NCBI GenBank assembly: GCA_035270865.1
Contig: DATESK010000149.1
Coordinates: 1 to 26,957, forward strand
From: Clostridia bacterium
GTDB lineage: Bacteria; Bacillota; Clostridia; Christensenellales; CAG-917
DNA: 26,957 nucleotides
Direction of reading: 5' to 3'
The notes below the pieces were generated by a model. It saw nothing but the letters and a program-made list of their open reading frames with translations, was not told where the DNA came from and did no database searches. The stretch's first letter is position 1. Each line of letters begins with the position of its first letter. Position numbers and translations under genes: made by a program. Of the stretch, positions 1 through 8,493 are shown in pieces.

Positions 1-195
1 GAACTTAATGTAACAAGAAAAATGACAAGCAAAACAAGAAAAGAGCCGAAAGAAAAGAATATGAGGAACAAGAAAACGGAGTTAAATATACAAAACTAGG
101 AAACGAAATATTATGGTCGAAAAAAACAAATGGAACAAGAAATAGTATAAAACATAAAAAATCGAAGGGAACTAAACCAATGCAAGCAGATTTGT

Positions 196-1929
196 CTAGG
201 TTATGATGGTCGCGGGAGAAGAACGCATATAACCGTTAGCGACTGCACAAATTGAGATAGAGTTAAGGTCTGAAAGAGATGAAGGGAGATAAGGCAAAAA
301 GGCGGAGGAAGAAAGGTCTATAGTATGGGTCGCGGTTGGGGATTGTTTAGCGGGCGGTAAGTTGCAAGTAGATGATGCAATGCTCGCTACCATAACATCG
401 TTGAAGTAAATCTCAAAAAATAAAGTATCGGTGTTCGGATTGACATTAAGTGCGGTCTGGTTTGTATCGGCAAAGGTTAAAATTAAGTTTTCAAGAGATA
501 GCGGTTGTTCGGGAAGAGTTAAAGAGGTCGCCGAATTAAGCTGTTTTGTGTAAGAATAGGTAGCAGATGACGGCTCCGAATTGCGCTCCTTGTCACTTGG
601 GGTGATTGCGGTAATGCTAAACAAATAATCACCATAATCACGCAGACTTGAGAGGCTAGAAAGATAGGTATCGGGATTATAGTTACATATAAGTTCTGGG
701 ATAAAGGTGTCAAACATCGTATCAATAGAAATCCTTATATTAAGAAAAGAAGAGTCCCCAACACTTTGTATTAGAGTGCGGGACGTGGCAAGCGCAAGCG
801 AATGCGCGCCTTCTTGAGTGTCGCCCTCAAGCGCTAGAGAAAGGAAAGTCGCCTCTGGTGCAACCGCAAGCGCGGACAGCGCGAAACTGCCTTCCCAAAG
901 GGCATTATCCTTTAGAATTGAGATATAAAAGCCATAGCCGTCATTTAGCATTTCGCTTGTTGCGTTAAGTGTAAAAACCAACGAATTTTCATCGCCAAAT
1001 TGCAGAAAACCTATGTTTTTCGCGGTCAAAATGCGATTTTTGTAGAAAATTGTCAACGATGATTTGTGCGAAATTCTTCCGTTAAAAACTTCATTTCCGA
1101 CTGCTTCGATAGAAACTTTATTGTTGCTCCCCGCCAAAAGATAAGTTGCTAAATTTATTGAAGTTGAAGAAAGAGTTTGGCAAAGTTCGTTCTCCACATA
1201 GACATTATATGAAGTTGCGTTGGCGCACTCGTTCCAAGATAAAGTGTCGTTTGCTTCTGTCCAAACCGTGTTTGTTGGTGATAGCGGAATTTCTACAAAG
1301 CGAGCATCTATTGTCGCGTTTGATGAAAGTATAAAAGACAGATTGAGGGATGTTCCCTCTTGCAACAAATTGTCTTCTTGATACCATCCGCTAAACCGCC
1401 AACCGTCAGTTTCGCGCGCTGAGAGCGAAATTAAAGCATTCTTGTCATATGTTCCGCTAGGGTCTTCGACAAGTTCGGGGCGGTTGGAATTTAGGCTAAA
1501 TAGGACTTTTGGCGCAACATCTTCGCCCGTGTCGGTTGAACCATCTTCCCCCTCCCCTGAACTTGCGGCAAAAACATTTAAGCTATTATAATTTGCAATT
1601 ACGATAAAAGCGTTAGGGGTGAATGTATAACCGTATCGGCGGAAACTTAAAACATCGTCTTTTGATAATCCAACGGCATTGAAAATACCGTTTGCGTTTG
1701 AATACACCGAAGGGAAAAATTCCTCGCCGTTTTTTAATACGCTTACATTGGCAAGCGTACCTGCGCAGTTCACGATTTGCCCTGAAACCGTGAAACCTTC
1801 GTTTGCGTCTGTTGGTGAGTTGTCCTTGTTGCAAGCATATAGACAAAACAAAAGGCAAAAGCACAGCGATGCAAGCAAGGCTGAGAAAAGGCAATTTTTT
1901 AATTTTAGTTTTGATAAAAGTTTTTTCAT
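196..1929 (-). CDS. Predicted surface lipoprotein (577 aa): carboxypeptidase-regulatory-like Ig domain, InlB B-repeat-like domain, FN3-like module(s)
   Basis: Long ORF with a basic N-terminus, hydrophobic stretch and lipobox-like LYA-C (Cys33). TVSGQI..ANVSVL..SNANGIF..GYTFTP resembles a CarboxypepD_reg-type domain. GTY..ISLSA..GWRFSGWY..ATIDARF resembles a B-repeat. LSWNECANATSYNVYV resembles FN3. The Ser/Thr-rich composition fits an extracellular protein. Domain calls are by eye. Confidence 0.75.
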   Translation of the reverse strand: MKKLLSKLKLKNCLFSALLASLCFCLLFCLYACNKDNSPTDANEGFTVSGQIVNCAGTLANVSVLKNGEEFFPSVYSNANGIFNAVGLSKDDVLSFRRYGYTFTPNAFIVIANYNSLNVFAASSGEGEDGSTDTGEDVAPKVLFSLNSNRPELVEDPSGTYDKNALISLSARETDGWRFSGWYQEDNLLQEGTSLNLSFILSSNATIDARFVEIPLSPTNTVWTEANDTLSWNECANATSYNVYVENELCQTLSSTSINLATYLLAGSNNKVSIEAVGNEVFNGRISHKSSLTIFYKNRILTAKNIGFLQFGDENSLVFTLNATSEMLNDGYGFYISILKDNALWEGSFALSALAVAPEATFLSLALEGDTQEGAHSLALATSRTLIQSVGDSSFLNIRISIDTMFDTFIPELICNYNPDTYLSSLSSLRDYGDYLFSITAITPSDKERNSEPSSATYSYTKQLNSATSLTLPEQPLSLENLILTFADTNQTALNVNPNTDTLFFEIYFNDVMVASIASSTCNLPPAKQSPTATHTIDLSSSAFLPYLPSSLSDLNSISICAVANGYMRSSPATIIT

Positions 1930-1950
1930 ATTTGTTTATTTGCAAAATCC

Positions 1951-2099
1951 ACGGTTAATTTTTTTTGCTAATGTTGCCACAAATTAAACGGTCTATTTTT
2001 CTTACTAATGTTATCAAAAACGCAATGGCCTATTTTTTTTGTTATAGGTTGCCACGAAAAGCAACGGTCTATTTTCTTGCTAGTGTTACTACAAAAGCA
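1951..2099. repeat. Four degenerate tandem repeats of 36-39 bp filling the intergenic spacer
   Basis: Units 1951-1987 acggttaattttttttgctaatgttgccacaaattaa; 1988-2024 acggtctatttttcttactaatgttatcaaaaacgca; 2025-2063 atggcctattttttttgttataggttgccacgaaaagca; 2064-2099 acggtctattttcttgctagtgttactacaaaagca. Confidence 0.85.
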
Positions 2100-2109
2100 A
2101 AAGTTAAAA

Positions 2110-3006
2110 TCAACTTAGTTCTACATTAACGACTTGAGACAATTTTCCGTTGTCGCTTGAGGCTATAAGACTAACAGTTTTGCAACCGCCGTTTATCAAA
2201 GAGGTAATATTTGCAAAGTTATTCGCCGTGCTAGTGGTTGATGCTTCCAAATCAACCGAAGTAAAACCGCCCGCAAGGGTATTAGTATCGTAAAAATGGT
2301 AGTGGGAAGCTCCCAAAACTTTTGTCCAAGATAGGAAATACTCCCCCTCAAAGAAAACTATTGAAACATTGTCAGGGGCGGAAATGGGCGCGAAATAAGA
2401 AAATTTAATTGTTTGGGGCACGGAGGGAAGATAAAGGTCGCTTTGGTTTGAATTTGCCGTCACGAAAATATCTAGAGCCGCGTCGTATTTTAAGAAGTTA
2501 CTTAAATCAATCGAAGTTTTGTCTGTTGTGCATATAGGAATAAGGTTGATTAGAACTTGATAATATTCTGCGTTTTCCACACTATCCCACGCTAGCATAT
2601 TGTTTATAGTAGCATCAAGATTTGGCGGTGCGTTAAGTGTTTTTGTTATGGTGAATTCAAAAGTTGAAAAGGCGGATATCATCTCAATTCCGTCCGTGGC
2701 GCAAACTTGCAAAGTATAGTGATTAGCAGTTTTAATAAAACTTGTAATTTCAAAACTGCAATTCATTGACGAATTAAATAGATTTTCTTCTATAACTGAG
2801 CCGTTCAAAATAAGTCGGGAATATGAATTGCCGTATGAGTAAGTCCAATTCACAAAACATTGTTCATTTGCATAGACAATTTTTAGATTGGATGGCGAAG
2901 CATCGGCATAAGCCACAGGAAAAGAACAAACCGCAAGCTCAAAAATAATTGCAACAGTTAAAAAAAATATGCCGAATATAAAAGATTTTGGCTGTCTTTT
3001 TATCAT
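2110..3006 (-). CDS. Secreted or membrane-anchored protein with ~3 FN3-like repeats (298 aa)
   Basis: Start moved from 3057 to the ATG at 3006 (AAGGGA upstream, MIKRQPK followed by a hydrophobic signal ending AYA-D). Repeated P-x-N-L/V..W..Y pattern: SPSNLKI..VNW; APPNLDA..LAWDSVENAEYYQV; APDNVSI..LSWTKVLGASHY. Confidence 0.7.
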   Translation of the reverse strand: MIKRQPKSFIFGIFFLTVAIIFELAVCSFPVAYADASPSNLKIVYANEQCFVNWTYSYGNSYSRLILNGSVIEENLFNSSMNCSFEITSFIKTANHYTLQVCATDGIEMISAFSTFEFTITKTLNAPPNLDATINNMLAWDSVENAEYYQVLINLIPICTTDKTSIDLSNFLKYDAALDIFVTANSNQSDLYLPSVPQTIKFSYFAPISAPDNVSIVFFEGEYFLSWTKVLGASHYHFYDTNTLAGGFTSVDLEASTTSTANNFANITSLINGGCKTVSLIASSDNGKLSQVVNVELS

Positions 3007-3117
3007 TTGTATGTCCCTTATCGCAAAAAGGCTATATGAAAAATTTACACCACGCATCCCTTGAAGTCAAGAGAAATTTGCCCGCATTGGTTTTGGGTAT
3101 TTTTTACAAAGTTTTAA

Positions 3118-3146
3118 TTGCATTAAGGACAATATGATGATATAAT
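3118..3146 (+). promoter_or_regulatory. sigmaA-type promoter of gyrBA
   Basis: TTGCAT (3118-3123), 17-bp spacer, TATAAT (3141-3146) with extended -10 TG at 3138-3139. A second TATAAT lies at 3185-3190. Confidence 0.65.
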
Positions 3147-3210
3147 AAGTAAGTATTATATATATGATAAACAATATATTATCGTATAATATATGTATAG
3201 AGGAGAAAAA

Positions 3211-5118
3211 ATGAACGAGATTAAGCACAGCTATAATGAAACCGACATACAGGTGCTTGAAGGACTGGACCCTGTTCGCAAGCGTCCCGGAATGTATATA
3301 GGTTCGACCGAAAGCAGAGGACTGCATCATCTTGTTACCGAAGTGGTTGACAACAGTATTGACGAAGCGCTAGCAGGATATTGCGACTTAATAACCGTGG
3401 AAATTTTGAAAAACGGTTCGGTTCGCGTAACGGACAACGGCAGAGGAATTCCAACAGGCATTATAAAGAAAGAGGGGAAATCTGCAGTTGAGGTTGTTTT
3501 GACTAAATTGCACGCAGGTGGCAAATTTGGCAATGGCGGTTATAAAATTTCGGGCGGACTACATGGCGTGGGCGTTTCTTGCGTGAACGCATTGTCTGAA
3601 ACCTTGGAAGTGGAAATAAAGCAAAACGGCAAGATATATTTTCAACGCTATCATCGCGGTATACCCGAAAAGGACTTAGAGGTTATCGGCGAAACACAAA
3701 AAACAGGCACACAAATTACATTTTCACCTGACCCCACAATTTTTGAAACTCTAATTTTTGATTACGACATAGTAAAAGCAAGACTGCGTGAGCTTGCCTA
3801 TCTAAACAAAGGCTTAACGATTGAGGTTAAGGATTTAAGGGGAGAAACTGAGCGTTACGACAAACTGCACTATGAAGGCGGTATCGTTTCTTTCGTGGAA
3901 AGTTTGAACAAGAACAAGGAAACGATATTCCCCGAAGTCATTTATTTTGACGCGGTGTATGTTGACGGCGAAATCGAAGTTGCTATGCAATACAACGACA
4001 GCTATAACGAAATTATTTTGTCTTTTGCTAACAATATCAACACCGAAGAGGGTGGAACACACCTCGACGGATTTAAGACTTCCATAACAAAAGTTATAAA
4101 CGATTATGCAAGAACTTCCAACATACTAAGAGAACAGGATAAATTATCTGGCGAGGATGTGCGAGAAGGATTGACCGCAGTTATTTCCGTCAAACTTGCC
4201 GAACCGCAATTTGAAGGACAAACTAAAACTAAGCTTGGCAACAGCAGTATGCGTACGGCTGTTTCAAAGAGCGTACAAGAGGGCTTGGGCACATATCTTG
4301 AAGAACACCCGAAAGAAGCCAGAGACTTGATTCTAAAGACGATAACGGCGCGCAATGCAAGAGAGGCCGCGCGCAACGCAAGAGAACTTGCACGCAGAAA
4401 GAGTCCTCTTGAAAGCACCACGCTACCTGGAAAACTTGCCGACTGCACGGACAAAGACTCGAGCGTATGCGAAATTTATATGGTAGAGGGCGACAGCGCA
4501 GGCGGCACGGCAAAAACCGGGCGCGACCGCAGATTTCAAGCAATATTGCCACTCCGCGGAAAAATTCTAAATGTGGAAAAAGCAAGGCTTCACAGAATAC
4601 TGGAAAATGAAGAAATAAAATCAATGATAACGGCGTTTGGATGTGGAATTCACACGGAATTTGACGAGAGCAAACTTCGCTACAACCGCATTATTTGTAT
4701 GACAGATGCTGATGTGGACGGCTCACATATCCGAATTTTGCTGTTGACATTCTTTTTCCGCTTTATGAAACCGTTGATTGAAAAAGGGCATGTGTATATT
4801 GCTCAACCTCCGCTTTACAAAATCACAAAGAATCGCGTAGACAATTATTTTTACTCAGATGAAGAGTTGAACCAATTCTTGGAAAGTAACGGTAGAAAGA
4901 ACAACGAAATCCAACGCTACAAAGGTCTAGGTGAAATGAATGCAGATCAGCTTTGGGAAACGACGATGAACCCGCAAACACGCACCCTGCTTAAAGTGAC
5001 AATGAAAGATGCGATAACGGCAGACGAGCTGTTCACTCTTTTAATGGGTGATGAGCCGGAACTGCGCCGTGAGTTTATTGAGCAAAATGCAAAGCTTGTT
5101 GAAGACCTAGATGTGTAG
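3211..5118 (+). CDS. gyrB: DNA gyrase subunit B (635 aa)
   Basis: [61 protein letters not shown] and DADVDG. Start set at ATG 3211 behind AGGAG. No enterobacterial-type insert. The partner gene has a GyrA-box. Confidence 0.97.
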   Translation: MNEIKHSYNETDIQVLEGLDPVRKRPGMYIGSTESRGLHHLVTEVVDNSIDEALAGYCDLITVEILKNGSVRVTDNGRGIPTGIIKKEGKSAVEVVLTKLHAGGKFGNGGYKISGGLHGVGVSCVNALSETLEVEIKQNGKIYFQRYHRGIPEKDLEVIGETQKTGTQITFSPDPTIFETLIFDYDIVKARLRELAYLNKGLTIEVKDLRGETERYDKLHYEGGIVSFVESLNKNKETIFPEVIYFDAVYVDGEIEVAMQYNDSYNEIILSFANNINTEEGGTHLDGFKTSITKVINDYARTSNILREQDKLSGEDVREGLTAVISVKLAEPQFEGQTKTKLGNSSMRTAVSKSVQEGLGTYLEEHPKEARDLILKTITARNAREAARNARELARRKSPLESTTLPGKLADCTDKDSSVCEIYMVEGDSAGGTAKTGRDRRFQAILPLRGKILNVEKARLHRILENEEIKSMITAFGCGIHTEFDESKLRYNRIICMTDADVDGSHIRILLLTFFFRFMKPLIEKGHVYIAQPPLYKITKNRVDNYFYSDEELNQFLESNGRKNNEIQRYKGLGEMNADQLWETTMNPQTRTLLKVTMKDAITADELFTLLMGDEPELRREFIEQNAKLVEDLDV

Positions 5119-5129
5119 GAGGAAATAAT

Positions 5130-7778
5130 ATGTCAAAGCACCCTGAAAAAGAAAGAGATTATGTACAACATATAGACGATTCCAAAATAGTTGGAGTAGA
5201 GGTTGAAGACGAGCTTAAAAAATCCTTTATCGCTTACGCTATGGCAGTCAATGTATCGCGCGCCATTCCCGATGTTAGGGACGGATTAAAGCCTGTTCAC
5301 CGCAGAATACTTTATTCGATGAACGAATTAGGTTTGACCTCAGACCACGCATTTCGTAAATGCGCGCTGATTGTCGGCGATGTGTTAGGCAAATATCATC
5401 CGCACGGCGACAGTTCCGTTTATGATGCCCTAGTGCGTTTAGCGCAAGATTTTAGTATCCGCTGTCCGTTGGTTGACGGACACGGGAACTTTGGCTCTGT
5501 GGACGGCGACCCCGCCGCAGCATATCGTTATACTGAAGCAAGATTAAGCAAAATAGCTTCGGAGATGATAAAAGATTTAGAAAAAAACACCGTGGATATG
5601 TATCCTAACTTTGATGATACTAGAATGCAACCTACGGTTATGCCTGCAAGATACCCCAACCTTTTGGTAAACGGCGCAGACGGTATCGCTGTCGGTATGG
5701 CGACTTCAATTCCCCCGCACAATTTGGGCGAAGTTATTGACGCGACTATCGCACTTATGAATAATCCTGAACTTACCGTTGACGACCTATGCGATTATAT
5801 ACCTGCACCGGACTATCCCACAGGCGCGCTAGTACTTGGACGCGCGGGCATCCGTCAAGCATACCGCACGGGCAGAGGCAGAGCAATTATCCGCGCAAAG
5901 ACAGAAATTGAAGAACTTCCAAACGGCAAGTCGAAAATTATCGTTACCGAAATTCCTTATCAAGTCAACAAGGCGAAACTTATTGAAACCATAGCCGACC
6001 AAGTTAAGGACAAAAGGATTGAGGGCATTTCTGATATTAGTGAAGAATCCGACCGCACGGGAATGCGTATCGTTATTGAATGCAAAAGAGACGCTAACCC
6101 GCAGGTTGTGCTTAACACGCTTTTCAAACAAACCAGTTTGCAAATATCAAACAGTATGATTTTGCTTGCGCTTGAAGACGGAGTTCCAAAGATTCTGAAC
6201 TTAAAGCAAATTCTTGAAGATTACATCAAGCACCAAATTGAAGTCATAAGCCGCCGCACAAAGTTTGATTTGGAAAAGGCGGAGGAGAGAGAACACATAC
6301 TTCACGGACTGGCTATTGCTCTTGCCAATATTGATGAAGTCATTGAAACAATTAAAAAATCTTCCGATCGTCAAGACGCAATGAATAAACTTGTGGAAAG
6401 ATTTTTACTTTCCGAAAAGCAGGCGAATGCGGTTTTGATTATGCAACTTCAGCGCTTGTCGAGTATGGAAGTTGACAAAATCAACGATGAACTTTTGCAA
6501 AAGCAAGCTGAAATCGCAGAATACAGAAGAGTTTTGGGGAATGAAGAGGCAATCAAGGAATATATAATTACGGACTTGACAGATATTAAGACGAAGTACG
6601 GAACGCCAAGACGAAGCGAAATCAGTTATGATTACACAGAAATTGACATTGAAGACCTTATTGACCGCGAAGATATTGTTATCACGATGACTCACTTTGG
6701 TTATATCAAGCGTATACCCGTAAGCGAGTACAAATCACAGCGCAGAGGCGGCATGGGAGTAACGGCGCATAAGGCGAAGGAAGAAGATTTCGTGGAGAAT
6801 ATGTTCGTTTCTAACACGCACGAAGAATTATTATTCTTTACAAACTTTGGCAAGGTGTTCTCTTTGAAAGGTTATGAAATTCCTGAGGCGCAGCGCACGG
6901 CACGAGGCAGGGCAATTATCAATCTGTTGCAGTTAATTCCTGAAGAAAAAGTTACTGCCGTACTTCCGATAAAGGAAAACCCTGAAGGGTTCTTGATGCT
7001 TGCCACTAAGAATGGACTTATTAAGAAAACTCCGCTTTCGGAATTTGCAAGCATAAAGAGAAACGGCAAAAAGGCAATCACCTTTGTGGATGATGACGAA
7101 CTTGTATCCGCCATTATCACAAGCGGACATGACGAACTTATAATGGCGGCGACAAACGGTCTTTCAATCCGCTTTAACGAAGAGCAGGTGCGCGCTACAA
7201 GCCGCAGCGCTCAAGGCGTCAAGAGTATGAAACTTGCAAAAGACGAAAGAGTCGTGGATATGGCGGTACTAAGTGACGGCGCGGAAATATTGACAATATC
7301 TCAAAAAGGTTACGGCAAGCGTTCGTCATTTGAAGATTATCCGTTGCAAGGTAGAGCAGGAAAGGGCGTAAAAGCAGGCGTGTTCAACGAGAAGACGGGA
7401 GATTTAATCAATCTTAAAGTCATTGCCCCTGATACTGATGTTATGATAATCACCGACAACGGAATTATTATCCGCATACAAACTGACGAAATTTCAAAAA
7501 TCGGCAGAGCGACACAAGGCGTAAGAATTATGAAAATAAAAGAGGAAGCCAATATTGTGTCAATCGCTCTTACACCGCATGAAGACGAGGAAGAAGTACA
7601 ACTTGATGAAAACGGAAATCCGATAATTATTGCAAGCGAAAACGAACAGTCGGATAATATGTCAACAGAGGCGGAACAAAACACAATAAAGAAAACCGCA
7701 AAGAGCATTAAAACGGAAGAGTTGCCCTTGGATATGGAAGATACAAAAGAGAACAACAATGATGAGGATGATGTTTAA
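5130..7778 (+). CDS. gyrA: DNA gyrase subunit A (882 aa)
   Basis: [26 protein letters not shown], catalytic YRYTEARL, GyrA-box-like QRRGGMG (6738-6758), beta-pinwheel repeats and an acidic C-terminal tail. AGGAGG RBS. Confidence 0.97.
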   Translation: MSKHPEKERDYVQHIDDSKIVGVEVEDELKKSFIAYAMAVNVSRAIPDVRDGLKPVHRRILYSMNELGLTSDHAFRKCALIVGDVLGKYHPHGDSSVYDALVRLAQDFSIRCPLVDGHGNFGSVDGDPAAAYRYTEARLSKIASEMIKDLEKNTVDMYPNFDDTRMQPTVMPARYPNLLVNGADGIAVGMATSIPPHNLGEVIDATIALMNNPELTVDDLCDYIPAPDYPTGALVLGRAGIRQAYRTGRGRAIIRAKTEIEELPNGKSKIIVTEIPYQVNKAKLIETIADQVKDKRIEGISDISEESDRTGMRIVIECKRDANPQVVLNTLFKQTSLQISNSMILLALEDGVPKILNLKQILEDYIKHQIEVISRRTKFDLEKAEEREHILHGLAIALANIDEVIETIKKSSDRQDAMNKLVERFLLSEKQANAVLIMQLQRLSSMEVDKINDELLQKQAEIAEYRRVLGNEEAIKEYIITDLTDIKTKYGTPRRSEISYDYTEIDIEDLIDREDIVITMTHFGYIKRIPVSEYKSQRRGGMGVTAHKAKEEDFVENMFVSNTHEELLFFTNFGKVFSLKGYEIPEAQRTARGRAIINLLQLIPEEKVTAVLPIKENPEGFLMLATKNGLIKKTPLSEFASIKRNGKKAITFVDDDELVSAIITSGHDELIMAATNGLSIRFNEEQVRATSRSAQGVKSMKLAKDERVVDMAVLSDGAEILTISQKGYGKRSSFEDYPLQGRAGKGVKAGVFNEKTGDLINLKVIAPDTDVMIITDNGIIIRIQTDEISKIGRATQGVRIMKIKEEANIVSIALTPHEDEEEVQLDENGNPIIIASENEQSDNMSTEAEQNTIKKTAKSIKTEELPLDMEDTKENNNDEDDV

Positions 7779-7820
7779 TCCAAAAAGCTAGAAAAACCAA
7801 ATAAAAAATCTTAAAAGAAG

Positions 7821-7849
7821 AAAGCATCGCAGCGGCGATGCTTTTTTTT
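7821..7849 (+). terminator. Intrinsic terminator of gyrBA
   Basis: aaagcatcgc-agcg-gcgatgcttt followed by more T. Confidence 0.9.
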
Positions 7850-7879
7850 GCACAAAACCGCAGTATGATGAATAAACTA
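7850..7879 (+). promoter_or_regulatory. Putative forespore sigmaF/sigmaG-type promoter
   Basis: GCACA (7850-7854), 15 bp, GAATAAACTA (7870-7879). One mismatch in each element versus GYWTA-N15-GGNNANAHTR. Lies just before the RBS of the Pro-rich ORF. Confidence 0.4.
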
Positions 7880-7893
7880 TTGCGAGGTGAGCT

Positions 7894-8364
7894 ATGGATT
7901 ATCTTTTGCCGAGTGATGAAATAATGAAACGAATGGCAAGCGAATACGCTAAAATCAGGCGCATAGGCGTTCCGCAGAAAACGATAGCTTTTTCTATGGA
8001 AGAAGAGAGCGATGTAGTTCCCGTGCCAATACGAATTGTTGAGCCTATCCAAAAGGCAATTGTAAAGCCTGTTCCAAAGCCAATAGTGGTTGAGCCCGCT
8101 CCTGTCGCACCTATTCCAAAGCCAATAGTGGTTGAGCCCGCTCCTATCGCACCTGTTCCACATCCTATCGTTGTTGAGCCGATCCCAAATCCTATTGCGG
8201 TAAAGCCTTTGCCGGAAGAAGTAATAATACCAAAATCACCGCAACTGCCACAAATGCAAGTCAATTATGAAAATGCGCTGCAATGTAAAAAGAATGTTGC
8301 GCTGTTCTTAGCGTTTCTTAGCCTTATGAAAAATTGCAGTCAAGAATGTGATGATGATTGTTAG
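7894..8364 (+). CDS. Hypothetical Pro/Val/Ile-rich repeat protein with Cys-containing acidic C-terminus (156 aa)
   Basis: GAGGTGA RBS upstream of the ATG. PKPIVVEPAP[VI]AP[IV] repeats. Ends CKKNVALFLAFLSLMKNCSQECDDDC. Confidence 0.75.
   Translation: MDYLLPSDEIMKRMASEYAKIRRIGVPQKTIAFSMEEESDVVPVPIRIVEPIQKAIVKPVPKPIVVEPAPVAPIPKPIVVEPAPIAPVPHPIVVEPIPNPIAVKPLPEEVIIPKSPQLPQMQVNYENALQCKKNVALFLAFLSLMKNCSQECDDDC
8074..8187 (+). repeat. 42-bp coding tandem repeat (two near-perfect copies and one degenerate copy)
   Basis: ccaaagccaatagtggttgagcccgctcct(g/a)tcgcacct(a/g)tt at 8074 and 8116; degenerate third unit from 8158. Confidence 0.9.
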
Positions 8365-8385
8365 GGCGGACTTTCAAACACGAAC

Positions 8386-8439
8386 AGTATTGAGCTATCA
8401 AACCAATTATCAAGTAATCGTTTTGACTAGTTCAATGCT
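8386..8439. other. Long imperfect inverted repeat between convergent genes
   Basis: agtattgagcta-tcaaa ... tttga-c-tagttcaatgct can pair (with G-U pairs). No clear U-tract. Confidence 0.45.
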
Positions 8440-8493
8440 ACCGCGTTTTCACCCGTAATAGTATTTTTTTAATGTCGCTACAAAATCTAAATC

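Noticed and set aside
1-195. Four AACAAGAAA copies and a short open frame at the window start
   Set aside because: Low-complexity A-rich sequence with irregular spacing; cannot be interpreted without the upstream sequence.
1951-2099. Tandem array as a CRISPR array
   Set aside because: Units are contiguous and degenerate, with no unique spacers and no cas genes.
3193-5118. gyrB/gyrA as parE/parC, and the ORF-track start at 3193
   Set aside because: A GyrA-box is present in the A subunit; the RBS supports ATG 3211.
7708-8264. Repetitive minus-strand ORFs (GFGIGATGAGSTTI; WNRCDRSGLNHYW)
   Set aside because: Antisense shadows of the 42-bp repeat in the Pro-rich gene, which has the RBS.
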